Assembly (NCBI GenBank): GCA_015060695.1
Contig: SUYA01000008.1
Coordinates: 18,742 to 82,741 of the forward strand
Source of the DNA: Mediterranea massiliensis
GTDB taxonomy: Bacteria > Bacteroidota > Bacteroidia > Bacteroidales > Bacteroidaceae
Direction of reading: 5' to 3'
DNA length: 64,000 nt
In this document: piece by piece, positions 30,149-40,598 of the stretch
Layout: every line of letters begins with the position of its first letter
Position numbering within the stretch: position 1 is the stretch's first letter
Notes under the pieces: model-generated
Database searches by the model: none
What the model was told of the DNA's origin: nothing
The model's input: only the letters and a program-made list of their open reading frames with translations
Made by a program: the position numbers and the translations under genes

Positions 30149-31213
30149 TTAGCATCCCATACATTCTCGGTAGAAGTCGAAAGTTTCGAAGATGGTCTCT
30201 TTATCAGCTGTTTGATTTAGGCAAACTTCTCCTATATCTTTTAATAATGTGAAGTTGATGATGCCGTTTTGATTTTTCTTATCGTGTGTCATTAGTTCGT
30301 AAAGGGTATCGTATTGCTTGCAACTGAACAAGAATGTTCCATAGTTATCTTTGATGAATGTGATAATTTTCCGCATGATTTCTTTGGGAAATCCTACTTT
30401 TATATGAGATAGGTATAGCTCGCAAATTAATCCCCACGCTACTGCATATCCATGGAGTATATGGCGCTCTTCGCTTAAGGCAAGGCTTTCGAAAGCATGC
30501 CCGATGGTGTGTCCAAGATTTAGTGCTTTTCGGATGTTGTGCTCATGAGGGTCTTTGGCTACTATCTCTTCCTTGACGGAAATAGATTGCCCAACGAGGA
30601 GTTTAAGCTGCTCGTAATCAATCTGCTCCATATTGAAAGTTAGTAATTTGTCGAAATATTGTGGGTTACTTATTAACCCATGCTTTAACATTTCGGCATA
30701 GCCTGAGAATAAATTCGGAGTATCAAGAGTTTTTAGGAACTCGGTTTCAATCAACACTGATGTAGCAGGATAGAAAGCTCCTATTTCATTCTTTAACCCG
30801 TTGAAGTTGATACCGGTTTTGCCTCCCACCGATGCATCTACCATGGCCAATAGGGTAGTAGGGATGTTAATGTATTGAATACCGCGTTTGAAGGTTGAGG
30901 CAGCAAAACCTCCTAAGTCGGTAACCATTCCTCCACCTATGTTGATGAGGAGCGAGTGCCGGCTGGCTCCTAAGCAGCTAAGTTGTTGCCATACCGTGGA
31001 CAGTGTTTCCAATGTTTTGTTTACGTCCTCAGCACCGATTATAATCTCATTGAAAAATTCTCCTTCTTGGAAAATATTTTTTGCCTTAAGGAAACAAAAA
31101 TTGTGAGTATGTTCGTCGGTCAAGATGAATAGCTTGTCGTATTGACATTGGTTGATGGCTTGCTTTAGGTCATTCGCAAAAGATTTACAAAGAATAACTG
31201 CTTGTTTTTTCAT
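30149..31213 (-). CDS. aroB: 3-dehydroquinate synthase
   Basis: Motifs GGGMVTDLGGF, PTTLLAMVDASVGGKTG and LNLGHT. Confidence 0.96.
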   Translation of the reverse strand: MKKQAVILCKSFANDLKQAINQCQYDKLFILTDEHTHNFCFLKAKNIFQEGEFFNEIIIGAEDVNKTLETLSTVWQQLSCLGASRHSLLINIGGGMVTDLGGFAASTFKRGIQYINIPTTLLAMVDASVGGKTGINFNGLKNEIGAFYPATSVLIETEFLKTLDTPNLFSGYAEMLKHGLISNPQYFDKLLTFNMEQIDYEQLKLLVGQSISVKEEIVAKDPHEHNIRKALNLGHTIGHAFESLALSEERHILHGYAVAWGLICELYLSHIKVGFPKEIMRKIITFIKDNYGTFLFSCKQYDTLYELMTHDKKNQNGIINFTLLKDIGEVCLNQTADKETIFETFDFYRECMGC

Positions 31214-31320
31214 AATGTGTCTGTCTTTTTTTCTGCGACAAAGATACTTCTTTCGGTAATAAATTGTACCTTTGCAACCGCAAAAAATATAATGAGAAAA
31301 GAAAAATTAAAATTATAAAA

Positions 31321-31734
31321 ATGAAACCGCTTCTTCCTGTCTTTTGCCGTCCTATGGGATATTTCGTTATAGCATTAGCATTGTTTATGCCATTCTTAAT
31401 GTATTTCATGGGGCGGGTAAGCGATGCTAACGTCTTGTTTTACAAGGAATGTACCAAGCTGTTAATGATGTTGGGTGCCGTTATGATTATTTTTGCACTG
31501 AACAAAAACGAAAGCAAAGAATTGGAGCAGGTCAGAGGAAAGGCAATGCGCAATGCTATCTTTATGACGATTATTTTTATTTTTGGTGGAATGCTCTACC
31601 GGGTGTCAAAGGGCGATATGACATCCGTGGATTCTTCTTCTTTCTTGACGTTCTTATTATTGAATGTTTTATGTCTTGAATTTGGCATTAAAAAAGCCCA
31701 AGTTGATAGGCATTTTCACAGAAATGGTCGATAA
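31321..31734 (+). CDS. Hypothetical four-TM membrane protein
   Basis: Probable ATG at 31321. A TACCTTTG -7 box lies at 31267-31274. Confidence 0.7.
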   Translation: MKPLLPVFCRPMGYFVIALALFMPFLMYFMGRVSDANVLFYKECTKLLMMLGAVMIIFALNKNESKELEQVRGKAMRNAIFMTIIFIFGGMLYRVSKGDMTSVDSSSFLTFLLLNVLCLEFGIKKAQVDRHFHRNGR

Positions 31735-31841
31735 TTAAGTAAAAATAATAGAAATCAATTTAAACCTTTGTGATAAAGGGAGGTCAAAGGTATCAGTTTG
31801 TGGAAAAAGATTTGTTTATTCTAATTTAAGGATTGTATTTA

Positions 31842-34772
31842 ATGAAAAGAATGATGACCGGAGCCTTGTTGCTCCTGCTGACAACATTGACGGTATTCTC
31901 GCAGAGTAAAAACATTGTAGTATCAGGACGTGTAATCGAATCCGATTCGCAAGAGCCTGCTATCCAAGCCAATGTGCAACTTTTATCACTCCCAGATAGT
32001 ACATATATTGGTGGTAGTGCCACTTCTATAGAAGGCAAGTTTACTTTGCCTAAGGTTGCTGCTGGTAAATATTTACTAAAAATCACTTATGTAGGTTTTC
32101 AAACAGAGCAAAGACCTTTGAATCTTACGAAGAACATAAATATTGGTACTATTCAACTCAAGACAGATGATGTATTGTTAGCCGAAGCTGTGGTTACGGC
32201 CGAAGCTGCTCAAGTGACTGTTTCGGGAGATACATTGGGATACAATGCTTCGGCTTATCGAACATCTAAAGGAGCAGCATTAGAGGAATTGGTAAAGAAA
32301 ATACCGGGTGCTGAAGTGGATGATGATGGAAATGTCAAGTTGAATGGTAAATCTATCAGTAAATTGTTGGTGGACGGAAAAGAATTCTTTGGTGGAGATG
32401 TGAAGACCGGTTTACAAAATCTGCCCGCAGATATGGTAGAAAGGATCAATGCCTACGACCGTCAATCGGACAATGCTCGTATTACCGGTATTGACGACGG
32501 TGAAGAAGAAGCCGTACTCGATTTGACGGTGAAGAAAGGTATGAATCAAGGTTGGATTGGCAATTTAGATGCAGGTGTAGGTACTGAAGACCGTTATTCG
32601 GTTAGCACGAATATCAATCGATTTGCCAGTTCGCGAGGAACAGCCGATCAGTTTTCGCTTATCGGAAGAATCAACAATGTGAACAATATGCGTTTTGGTG
32701 GTGGCGGAGGTCCCAGTTGGAGAAGAAACAACGGTTTGACAACCAGCAAGGAACTTGGCCTTAACTATGCCATGGAAAGAGAAAAGGTGGAATTTGGTGC
32801 CAGTGTACGTTATAACTACCGTGATAACGATGCTCGTAGCACCGGACAAGTAGAAAACTTCTTGCCAACAGGAAACAGCTCTTTCTCAAACTCAATCTCT
32901 TCAAGTCGCAATAAAAATCAAAATCTCAATGCAAACATGCGCTTGGAGTGGCGTCCGGATAGCTTGACTACTTTCTTTATGCGAGGTAGTTTGTCGTGGG
33001 GGGATACAGATAGTCGTTCAGAATCATTGTCGGCGACATTTAATTCAGACCCTTATGCCGTAGTAACCGACCCTAATATGTATTTAGATTTCACTTCAGA
33101 AACCAATGAAAAATTGGATGCCATTCGTGTTAACGCCTCTAATAATGGCTCTTTTTCAGAAGGTAACTCTTTGTCAGCCAATGCAAATATGCAATTAACC
33201 CACAAACTGAATGATACAGGACGAAACATTACTTTGCGCCTTATAGGTAGCTATGGTGATAATGAAAGCGACCGTTATTCTCATAACTTGACTCGTTACT
33301 ACGGTGGCGACGGCATCCCTACTTTCTATGAAGATACCATTCGTCGATATATCACAACTCCCACCAACAATTATAATTTGGGTACACAAATCAGTTATAG
33401 TGAACCGTTAGCCGATAAAGTTTATTTGCAATTCAGCTATCAATTCCAATATGGCTATAGCGAAAGCGATAACTCAACTTATAATATGCCCTTCGGATGG
33501 TTGCTTTCAGATGGATTGCCTAACCAATTCTCGCAGCACAAGTCAGAATGGTTAGACCCTGAACAGAGTAAATATGCCGAGTATAAGAACTATAACCACG
33601 ATGCCCGTGTTACTTTCCGAGTAAACCGTGAGACATGGCGTCTTTCTGCCGGTATGGCTTTCAGACCTCAAAGTTCGAAGCTCTCTTATAAAAAAGGTGT
33701 ACACGAAATAGATACCACTCGCAACGTATTCAATTTCTCACCCGAAATAGATTTCCGTTATCAACCTCAGAGACAAACACAATTACGATTCTCATATCGT
33801 GGACGTAGTAGCTCGCCAAGTATGGAGAACTTGTTGCCTATCGAGGATAACTCCAATCCGTTGAATATCCGTACAGGTAATCCTGGCTTGAAACCCTCTT
33901 TCTCTCACAATTTGGAACTTCGTTTCAATACCTTCAATATGGAAGCGCAACGTGGTATATTCTCACATGTCAGCGGTTCATTTACTCAAAATGCCATCAG
34001 TAACATTCGTAAGTACAATGAAGCAACGGGTGGTTGGATGACTATGCCTGAAAACATCAATGGTAATTGGAACCTATTCGGTATGTTTGGCATGAATACA
34101 GCTTTGAAAAACAAGAAGTTTACCATTGATACATTCACCAGTGCCAACTATAGTAACAACGTGGGTTATATTACTACCGGTGAAATGAAAGATGCTCAAA
34201 AGAACACAACCACTAACTTGACTTTGGGAGAACGTCTCGGAGGTAGATATCGTAACGATTGGTTGGAAGTTGGTCTTAATGGTAGCATCAACTATACATT
34301 CGAAAAAGACAAGTTGAATCCTAAAAATAACCAAGAGCCATATACATTCTCTTATGGCGGTAATGTGCAGATATATGCACCTTGGGGTACAACCATTTCA
34401 ACCAATATGACCAATCAAGCTCGTCGTGGCTATTCTGATTCCAGTATGAATCGCAACGAGTTGATTTGGAATGCCCAAGTAGCTCAAAGCTTCATGAAAG
34501 GAGCTTTAACATTGAGTTTTGAATGGAACGACATTTTGAAAGAACAAAAGAATATCTCTCGTTCTTTGACTTCAGATGGCCGTTCGGTATATACCTATAA
34601 CGGCATAAACAGTTACGGTATGATTCGTGCCATTTACCGTTTGAATATCTTTGGAAGCAAATCATCTCGCGAACGTATGCAGCAAGGCCGTGGCGGTATG
34701 GGCGGTTTTGGTGGTGGCATGGGCGCTGGTCGTGGTATGGGCGGTGGCCGTGGCATGGGTGGTGGCCGTTGA
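31842..34772 (+). CDS. TonB-dependent-receptor-like outer-membrane beta-barrel protein (CarboxypepD_reg-like N-terminal domain)
   Basis: Signal peptide, SGRVIE...GKFTL...YVGF domain, plug-like region, GNPGLKPSF barrel motif and a Gly-rich C-terminal tail. Confidence 0.85.
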   Translation: MKRMMTGALLLLLTTLTVFSQSKNIVVSGRVIESDSQEPAIQANVQLLSLPDSTYIGGSATSIEGKFTLPKVAAGKYLLKITYVGFQTEQRPLNLTKNINIGTIQLKTDDVLLAEAVVTAEAAQVTVSGDTLGYNASAYRTSKGAALEELVKKIPGAEVDDDGNVKLNGKSISKLLVDGKEFFGGDVKTGLQNLPADMVERINAYDRQSDNARITGIDDGEEEAVLDLTVKKGMNQGWIGNLDAGVGTEDRYSVSTNINRFASSRGTADQFSLIGRINNVNNMRFGGGGGPSWRRNNGLTTSKELGLNYAMEREKVEFGASVRYNYRDNDARSTGQVENFLPTGNSSFSNSISSSRNKNQNLNANMRLEWRPDSLTTFFMRGSLSWGDTDSRSESLSATFNSDPYAVVTDPNMYLDFTSETNEKLDAIRVNASNNGSFSEGNSLSANANMQLTHKLNDTGRNITLRLIGSYGDNESDRYSHNLTRYYGGDGIPTFYEDTIRRYITTPTNNYNLGTQISYSEPLADKVYLQFSYQFQYGYSESDNSTYNMPFGWLLSDGLPNQFSQHKSEWLDPEQSKYAEYKNYNHDARVTFRVNRETWRLSAGMAFRPQSSKLSYKKGVHEIDTTRNVFNFSPEIDFRYQPQRQTQLRFSYRGRSSSPSMENLLPIEDNSNPLNIRTGNPGLKPSFSHNLELRFNTFNMEAQRGIFSHVSGSFTQNAISNIRKYNEATGGWMTMPENINGNWNLFGMFGMNTALKNKKFTIDTFTSANYSNNVGYITTGEMKDAQKNTTTNLTLGERLGGRYRNDWLEVGLNGSINYTFEKDKLNPKNNQEPYTFSYGGNVQIYAPWGTTISTNMTNQARRGYSDSSMNRNELIWNAQVAQSFMKGALTLSFEWNDILKEQKNISRSLTSDGRSVYTYNGINSYGMIRAIYRLNIFGSKSSRERMQQGRGGMGGFGGGMGAGRGMGGGRGMGGGR

Positions 34773-34821
34773 TAGCTCCCCTCTTGTTTTGTGAAATAAC
34801 TTCAATTTTAATATAAAGTGA

Positions 34822-34859
34822 CACTCCCCCTTCCCAAATTAATTTTGGAAGGGGGAGTG
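34822..34859. terminator. GC-rich hairpin between convergent genes
   Basis: CACTCCCCCTTCC ... GGAAGGGGGAGTG. Confidence 0.65.
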
Positions 34860-34938
34860 CCTATATTATCTTTTAGCTAACCTTAGTGATTAGTTGTTTT
34901 ACATTTTCTATGGAAAACGAGCTTTATCTTTAAATGTT

Positions 34939-35925
34939 TTATTTTGCCATTTTGTTTTTATATTGCAGATGTCCCCATCCCCAAACCCCCAATACAATAA
35001 CCAATAATGTCTGTATGCCATGTACAAGCAGAGCAAATAGTGAGGCATCTGTTGCCGATACTCCATAAAGCATCATCATGGTAATAATAGCAAAATGCCA
35101 AGGGCCTGTACCATTGGGTGTTGGTACGATAACGGCAAAGGTTCCTCCTACAAACATAACCAACCCAGCTAAGACACCAAGATGTTCACTGAAAGCAAAA
35201 CAATAGAAAGTGAGATAGAAGTGGAGGAAGTAACAAAGCCATATTAATAATGTGTACAATATAAAAAGGGATTTGTTATTAACTTTGCGTAGCGACAAGA
35301 TACCTTCCCATAGATTCATGATAGTTCCTTTTACTTTCTTGTAAAACGAAAACATTCTCAAGAAATAAATAAGTAGTATGATTACACCAATACTGCTAAA
35401 TAGTATGACATAAAACCAAGGCGTGGTAAAGAGGTATGTCAATGAAGGGATTTTTGCTCCGGTTTCGTGGAAAAACTTTAGGTAAATAGGCAATTGAACT
35501 AAGAGAGTGACAGCGGTAATTATAGCAACAAGAAGTGTGTCAATAATACGTTCTGTAACCACCGTACCTAACGATTTGGCAAATGATACGTTATCGTATT
35601 TAGCCAACACACCGCAACGTGAGACCTCTCCGATGCGAGGTATAATCAAATTGGTTGCATATGATAGGAAAATGGCATCTACACAATTGCTTGTTCGTGG
35701 GTGTTCACCAATGGGTTCTAATGTTAATTTCCAACGCCATCCTCGAAAAACGTGCCCCATGACACCGAAAAACAATGAGATAATCATCCATCCCCAGTGC
35801 ATCTGCTGAAACAAGGCTTGGCGTACTTGCTGAAAATTGAAATCGCGATATACCCAATAAAGTATGAAACACCCTAAGGCAAAGGGTAATACTACTTGTA
35901 GAGCCGTTTTTACTACTTTATTCAT
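34939..35925 (-). CDS. Lysylphosphatidylglycerol synthase TM-domain (YbhN/UPF0104) protein
   Basis: Motifs RGWRW, PRIGEVSR, TERIID and PTPNGTGPWH. Confidence 0.85.
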   Translation of the reverse strand: MNKVVKTALQVVLPFALGCFILYWVYRDFNFQQVRQALFQQMHWGWMIISLFFGVMGHVFRGWRWKLTLEPIGEHPRTSNCVDAIFLSYATNLIIPRIGEVSRCGVLAKYDNVSFAKSLGTVVTERIIDTLLVAIITAVTLLVQLPIYLKFFHETGAKIPSLTYLFTTPWFYVILFSSIGVIILLIYFLRMFSFYKKVKGTIMNLWEGILSLRKVNNKSLFILYTLLIWLCYFLHFYLTFYCFAFSEHLGVLAGLVMFVGGTFAVIVPTPNGTGPWHFAIITMMMLYGVSATDASLFALLVHGIQTLLVIVLGVWGWGHLQYKNKMAK

Positions 35926-36024
35926 CGAAAATCGTTAAATTCTTTATTCTTCATTCTTTGTTCTTCGTTGAAAAGAACTACCTTTGCAATATTTAGATTG
36001 CAAAAGTAACGATTTTGTTGATAT

Positions 36025-36825
36025 ATGAGATTAGTAAAGCCTAAAAAGTTTCTTGGTCAGCACTTCTTAAAAGATTTGAAGGTAGCCAAAGATATAGCAG
36101 ATACAGTAGATACTTGTCCCGATTTGCCCATTTTGGAAGTAGGGCCTGGAATGGGTGTCTTGACGCAATATTTGTTGCCCAAGAATAGACCGGTGAAGGT
36201 CGTAGAATTAGACTTTGAGTCAGTGGCCTACTTGCGGGAAGAATTTCCTGAATTAGAAGAACATATTATTGAGGATGATTTCTTGAAGATGAACCTTGTT
36301 AGTCTGTTTGACGGTAACCCGTTCGTGTTGACGGGGAACTATCCTTATAACATATCCAGTCAGATATTCTTTAAGATGTTGGAATATAAGGATTTGATAC
36401 CTTGTTGTACCGGTATGATACAAAAGGAAGTGGCTGAACGAATAGCTGCAGGTCCTGGAAGCAAGACCTATGGTATTCTCAGTGTATTAATACAAGCGTG
36501 GTATAAGGTGGAGTATCTTTTTACGGTTCATGAACATGTTTTCAATCCTCCCCCAAAGGTGAAAAGTGCAGTAATTCGCATGACTCGCAATGATATCCAA
36601 AAATTAGGTTGCAATGAGAAACTCTTTAAGCAGGTAGTGAAGACAACCTTTAATCAACGTCGCAAGACGTTACGGAATTCTATAAAACCTATATTGGGTA
36701 AGGATTGTTTGATAACGGAAGACTCCCTTTTTAATCGTCGTCCTGAGCAATTATCTGTTGAAGAATTTATCGATTTGACCAATCGGGTTGAAGCAGTTTT
36801 GGTAAATTCTGAAAACGTAAAGTAA
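36025..36825 (+). CDS. rsmA: 16S rRNA adenine dimethyltransferase
   Basis: Motifs LGQHFL, EVGPGMG, GNYPYNISS and PPPKVKS. Confidence 0.97.
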   Translation: MRLVKPKKFLGQHFLKDLKVAKDIADTVDTCPDLPILEVGPGMGVLTQYLLPKNRPVKVVELDFESVAYLREEFPELEEHIIEDDFLKMNLVSLFDGNPFVLTGNYPYNISSQIFFKMLEYKDLIPCCTGMIQKEVAERIAAGPGSKTYGILSVLIQAWYKVEYLFTVHEHVFNPPPKVKSAVIRMTRNDIQKLGCNEKLFKQVVKTTFNQRRKTLRNSIKPILGKDCLITEDSLFNRRPEQLSVEEFIDLTNRVEAVLVNSENVK

Positions 36826-36855
36826 GACACTGTTGGCATTAATACATTGATTGTT

Positions 36856-38202
36856 ATGGAAATGAATAAAGAATATATAGATAGAATAAAGGAGTGCATT
36901 GACCAAAAAGAAGACGTAGGTTTAAAAGCTCTTTTGCAAGACCTGCATCCGGCTGATATTGCCGAGTTGTGTAATGACCTCGATTTGGAGGAAGCACGTT
37001 TTATCTATCGTCTGCTCGATAACGAAACAGCGGCTGATGTATTAGTGGAGATGGACGAGGATGCACGTAAGGAATTTCTAGAGGTATTGCCTTCCGAAAC
37101 CATTGCCAAACGCTTCGTTGACTACATGGATACCGATGATGCCGTAGATGTTATGCGCGAGTTGGATGAAGATAAGCAGGAAGAAGTCCTGTCGCACATA
37201 GAAGACATTGAGCAAGCTGGTGATATTGTCGATTTGTTGAAATACGACGAAGATACAGCCGGTGGTTTGATGGGTACCGAGATGGTGACGGTTAACGAAA
37301 ATTGGAGTATGCCGGAGTGCTTGAAAGAGATGCGTCAGCAAGCCGGTGAATTGGATGAGATATATTATGTATATGTAATTGATGATGATGAACGCTTGCG
37401 TGGTGTTTTCCCGTTGACCAAAATGATAACTTCTCCTTCAGTTTCTAAAGTAAAACACGTCATGGAGAAGGATCCAATCTCTGTTCATGTCGATACATCG
37501 GTTGAAGAAGTGGCGCAGGTTATAGAAAAATACGACTTGGTGGCGGTTCCTGTAGTGGATAGTATTGGCCGTTTGATGGGACAGATTACCGTCGATGATG
37601 TGATGGATGAAGTGCGCGAGCAGTCAGAAAGAGACTATCAGTTGGCATCGGGTCTTTCGCAAGATGTGGAAACTGATGACAACGTGATGCGTCAGACTTC
37701 AGCTCGTCTTCCTTGGCTGCTTATCGGTATGTTAGGTGGTATTGGAAGTTCTATGATTTTGGGTAATTTCGACCAGGTATTTGTTTCTCATCCAGAAATG
37801 GCACTTTTTATCCCTTTGATTGCCGGAACGGGTGGTAATGTCGGCACTCAATCTTCGGCTATAGTGGTGCAAGGTTTGGCTAACGGCTCGTTTGATACGA
37901 AAAATGTTTTTAAGCAGATATTTAAAGAGGCAATCGTTTCAATTATCAATGCTACCATTCTTTCCTTGTTGGTATATCTTTATAATTTCTTTTGTTACGG
38001 AGTCTTATCAACAGTAACTTATTTAGTGCCAATCAGTCTGTTTATTGTTATCATGTTTGCTTCTATATTTGGCACATTGGTACCCATGACATTAGATCGT
38101 ATAAAAATAGATCCGGCCATTGCTACCGGCCCCTTCGTTACTACCACAAACGACGTGATAGGTATGTTGATTTATATGGGGGTAACGGTATTATTAGCTT
38201 AA
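36856..38202 (+). CDS. mgtE: Magnesium transporter MgtE
   Basis: HPADIAE, a CBS pair, RLPWL, GGNVGTQ and DPAIATGPFVTTTND. Confidence 0.96.
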   Translation: MEMNKEYIDRIKECIDQKEDVGLKALLQDLHPADIAELCNDLDLEEARFIYRLLDNETAADVLVEMDEDARKEFLEVLPSETIAKRFVDYMDTDDAVDVMRELDEDKQEEVLSHIEDIEQAGDIVDLLKYDEDTAGGLMGTEMVTVNENWSMPECLKEMRQQAGELDEIYYVYVIDDDERLRGVFPLTKMITSPSVSKVKHVMEKDPISVHVDTSVEEVAQVIEKYDLVAVPVVDSIGRLMGQITVDDVMDEVREQSERDYQLASGLSQDVETDDNVMRQTSARLPWLLIGMLGGIGSSMILGNFDQVFVSHPEMALFIPLIAGTGGNVGTQSSAIVVQGLANGSFDTKNVFKQIFKEAIVSIINATILSLLVYLYNFFCYGVLSTVTYLVPISLFIVIMFASIFGTLVPMTLDRIKIDPAIATGPFVTTTNDVIGMLIYMGVTVLLA

Positions 38203-38318
38203 ATTCATACTTTTTTGAAAAAAAACGGAAAATAAGTATGAAATAAGCGTTTTATTTCCTTAATTTGTAACCTAATGTAAACCAAACGGGCTTGTCCTGT
38301 TATAAAAATGTAAATACA

Positions 38319-40172
38319 ATGACTGACACTCATGACACTAATCTCCCCGAAAAGCCGGTGGAATTAGAAGAAGAAAAAATGGCAGCAGAGGTTTCGGAAC
38401 CGGTTATAACGGAGGCTCCTGCCGAAACAAGTGAAGAACAGAAACCGGTTGAAACAGTTCAAAAGTTGACTAAAGAAGAAATTGTAGAACGGCTACGCAT
38501 CATTGCCGAAACTGCCGAAGAAGCAGAGAAGACGGATATAGATGCTTTGAAACAGGCATTCTATAAGCTACACAATGCAGAACAAGAAGCTGCACGCAAG
38601 GCTTTTGCTGAGAATGGAGGTGTAATCGATGAATATGTATCTCAGCCCTGTGCGTTGGAGGAAGAGTTTAAAAACGTAATGTCGGTTATTAAAGAGAAGC
38701 GGAATGCAGCTAATGCCGAATTAGAAATGGAAAAGCAGATGAATCTTCAGATAAAGCTTTCTATCATTGAAGAACTGAAGGAACTGCTCGAATCGCCCGA
38801 AGATGCCAATAAGAATTATAGCGAGTTTAAGAAATTGCAGCAGCAATGGAATGATACCAAACTATTGCCGCAAGGAAAAATTAATGAATTGTGGAAACAT
38901 TATCAGTTGTATGTTGAGAAGTTCTACGATTTATTGAAATTGAATAATGAATTTCGTGAATACGACTTCAAGAAAAACCTGGAGATTAAAACACGTCTTT
39001 GTGAAGCAGCCGAACGATTGGCCGATGAACAGGATGTAATCTCTGCCTTCTATCAACTTCAAAAATTGCATCAGGAATTCCGAGAAGCAGGTCCTGTTGC
39101 CAAAGAGTTGCGTGAAGAAGTTTGGCAACGTTTTAAAAATGCATCGACCTTGGTTAATCGACGTCATCAGCAACATTTCGAGGCTTTGAAAGAGGTTGAG
39201 CAGAATAATCTTGACCAGAAAACAGTTATCTGTGAAATCATGGAGGCCATTGAATATGCCGAGTTAACAACCGTTTCGGCATGGGATAACAAAACACAAG
39301 AAGTAATAGCTTTGCAGAATAAATGGAAGACCATTGGCTTTGCTCCACAGAAGATGAATGTAAAAATCTTCGAACGCTTCCGTAGTTCATGCGATGAGTT
39401 CTTCCGTAAGAAAGGTGAATACTTCAAGAGCTTGAAGGAAGGAATGAACGAAAATTTGGAAAAGAAACGTTTGTTGTGTGAAAAAGCCGAAGCATTGAAA
39501 GATAGTACTGATTGGAAAACCACTGCAGAAGTATTGGTCAAGTTGCAGAAAGAATGGAAAACTATCGGTCCGGTTTCCAAGAAACATTCTGATGCCGTGT
39601 GGAAACGTTTTATTAGTGCATGTGATTATTTCTTTGAGCAAAAAGCTAAAGCAACCTCTTCTCAACGCACCGTAGAATTAGAAAATCTGCAAAAGAAAAA
39701 AGCATTGATTGATAAGTTGCAGGCACTTTATGATGCGGAAGAGGAAAATGTACAGGCCGTACGCGATGCCATGAAGGAATGGAATTCAATAGGGCATGTA
39801 CCGTTTAAAGACAAGGATAAAATTCATAAGCAATTTCATGGTCTGGTCGATAAACTTTTCGAGCGTTTCAACCTCAGTGCATCCAATAAAAAACTTAATA
39901 GCTTCAAGTCGTCTATCGGCTCTATTCAAGAAGGAAATGCCCAAACACTCTACCGAGAACGAGAGAAGTTGGTACGAGCTTATGACAACATGAAGGCCGA
40001 GTTGCAGACTTATGAAAATAATCTTGGTTTCCTTACTGCTTCTTCTAATAAAGGTAACAATTTGTTGAATGAAATCAATCGGAAGGTAGAGAAACTGAAA
40101 GCCGATATTGATTTGGTGAAGCAAAAGATTAAGGTTATTGACGACAACATAAACAATCAACCGGAGGCATAA
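38319..40172 (+). CDS. DUF349 domain protein
   Basis: Repeated LQxxWKTIG(P)...W-RF helical units. Confidence 0.88.
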   Translation: MTDTHDTNLPEKPVELEEEKMAAEVSEPVITEAPAETSEEQKPVETVQKLTKEEIVERLRIIAETAEEAEKTDIDALKQAFYKLHNAEQEAARKAFAENGGVIDEYVSQPCALEEEFKNVMSVIKEKRNAANAELEMEKQMNLQIKLSIIEELKELLESPEDANKNYSEFKKLQQQWNDTKLLPQGKINELWKHYQLYVEKFYDLLKLNNEFREYDFKKNLEIKTRLCEAAERLADEQDVISAFYQLQKLHQEFREAGPVAKELREEVWQRFKNASTLVNRRHQQHFEALKEVEQNNLDQKTVICEIMEAIEYAELTTVSAWDNKTQEVIALQNKWKTIGFAPQKMNVKIFERFRSSCDEFFRKKGEYFKSLKEGMNENLEKKRLLCEKAEALKDSTDWKTTAEVLVKLQKEWKTIGPVSKKHSDAVWKRFISACDYFFEQKAKATSSQRTVELENLQKKKALIDKLQALYDAEEENVQAVRDAMKEWNSIGHVPFKDKDKIHKQFHGLVDKLFERFNLSASNKKLNSFKSSIGSIQEGNAQTLYREREKLVRAYDNMKAELQTYENNLGFLTASSNKGNNLLNEINRKVEKLKADIDLVKQKIKVIDDNINNQPEA

Positions 40173-40180
40173 AACAGATT

Positions 40181-40226
40181 AAAAACGAGGGTTCACTATT
40201 TTACAAGAAGTGAACCCTCTTTTTTT
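40181..40226. terminator. Bidirectional terminator after DUF349
   Basis: AAAAAC-GAGGGTTCACT ... AGTGAACCCTC-T7. Confidence 0.8.
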
Positions 40227-40276
40227 GTTTCTTAATTTTAGTTTTGCAAGTATCGAAGGATTTTTTCATGTTTATA

Positions 40277-40515
40277 ATTTACCTATAGGTAGAAGAGCAA
40301 CTACCTATAAGTAGTGAGCCAACTACCTATAGGTAATCGACTAACTACCTATAAGTAGTTTGATAACTTAATAGAGGTGTCTTAAGTGCTTGCTTATCAG
40401 TGCGTTATAAATCCTTATAATCTAAACGCACAAATAAATACTGCAAAACCATTTGCATGCCCACATTTTGATTTTCTTTCATAAGGGTAAATCATGCAGA
40501 TTGCGAAACTTAAAT
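40277..40515. repeat. Dispersed non-coding element, copy 2 (inverted relative to copy 1)
   Basis: Units at 40277, 40299, 40321 and 40343. 81/84 nt are identical to the reverse complement of 17022-17105, and flank homology extends to ~40515. Confidence 0.92.
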
Positions 40516-40525
40516 CTCATCATTT

Positions 40526-40558
40526 AAAAAGGGCAGACTCTGAATGAGCCTACCCTTT
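40526..40558 (-). terminator. Terminator of the susC1-susD1 operon
   Basis: Minus strand GGGTAGGCTC-attca-GAGTCTGCCC-TTTTT. The G:U pairs support this strand. Confidence 0.8.
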
Positions 40559-40598
40559 CCTCTTTAAAGGTTTATCTTAACCTATTGAAAACATGTTA

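Noticed and set aside
40442-40457. TGCAAAACCATTTGCA resembling the inverted tRNA-Gln terminator (61100-61114) as island-bounding inverted repeats
   Set aside because: The match is short and self-palindromic, and the segment belongs to the dispersed element flank. Likely chance.
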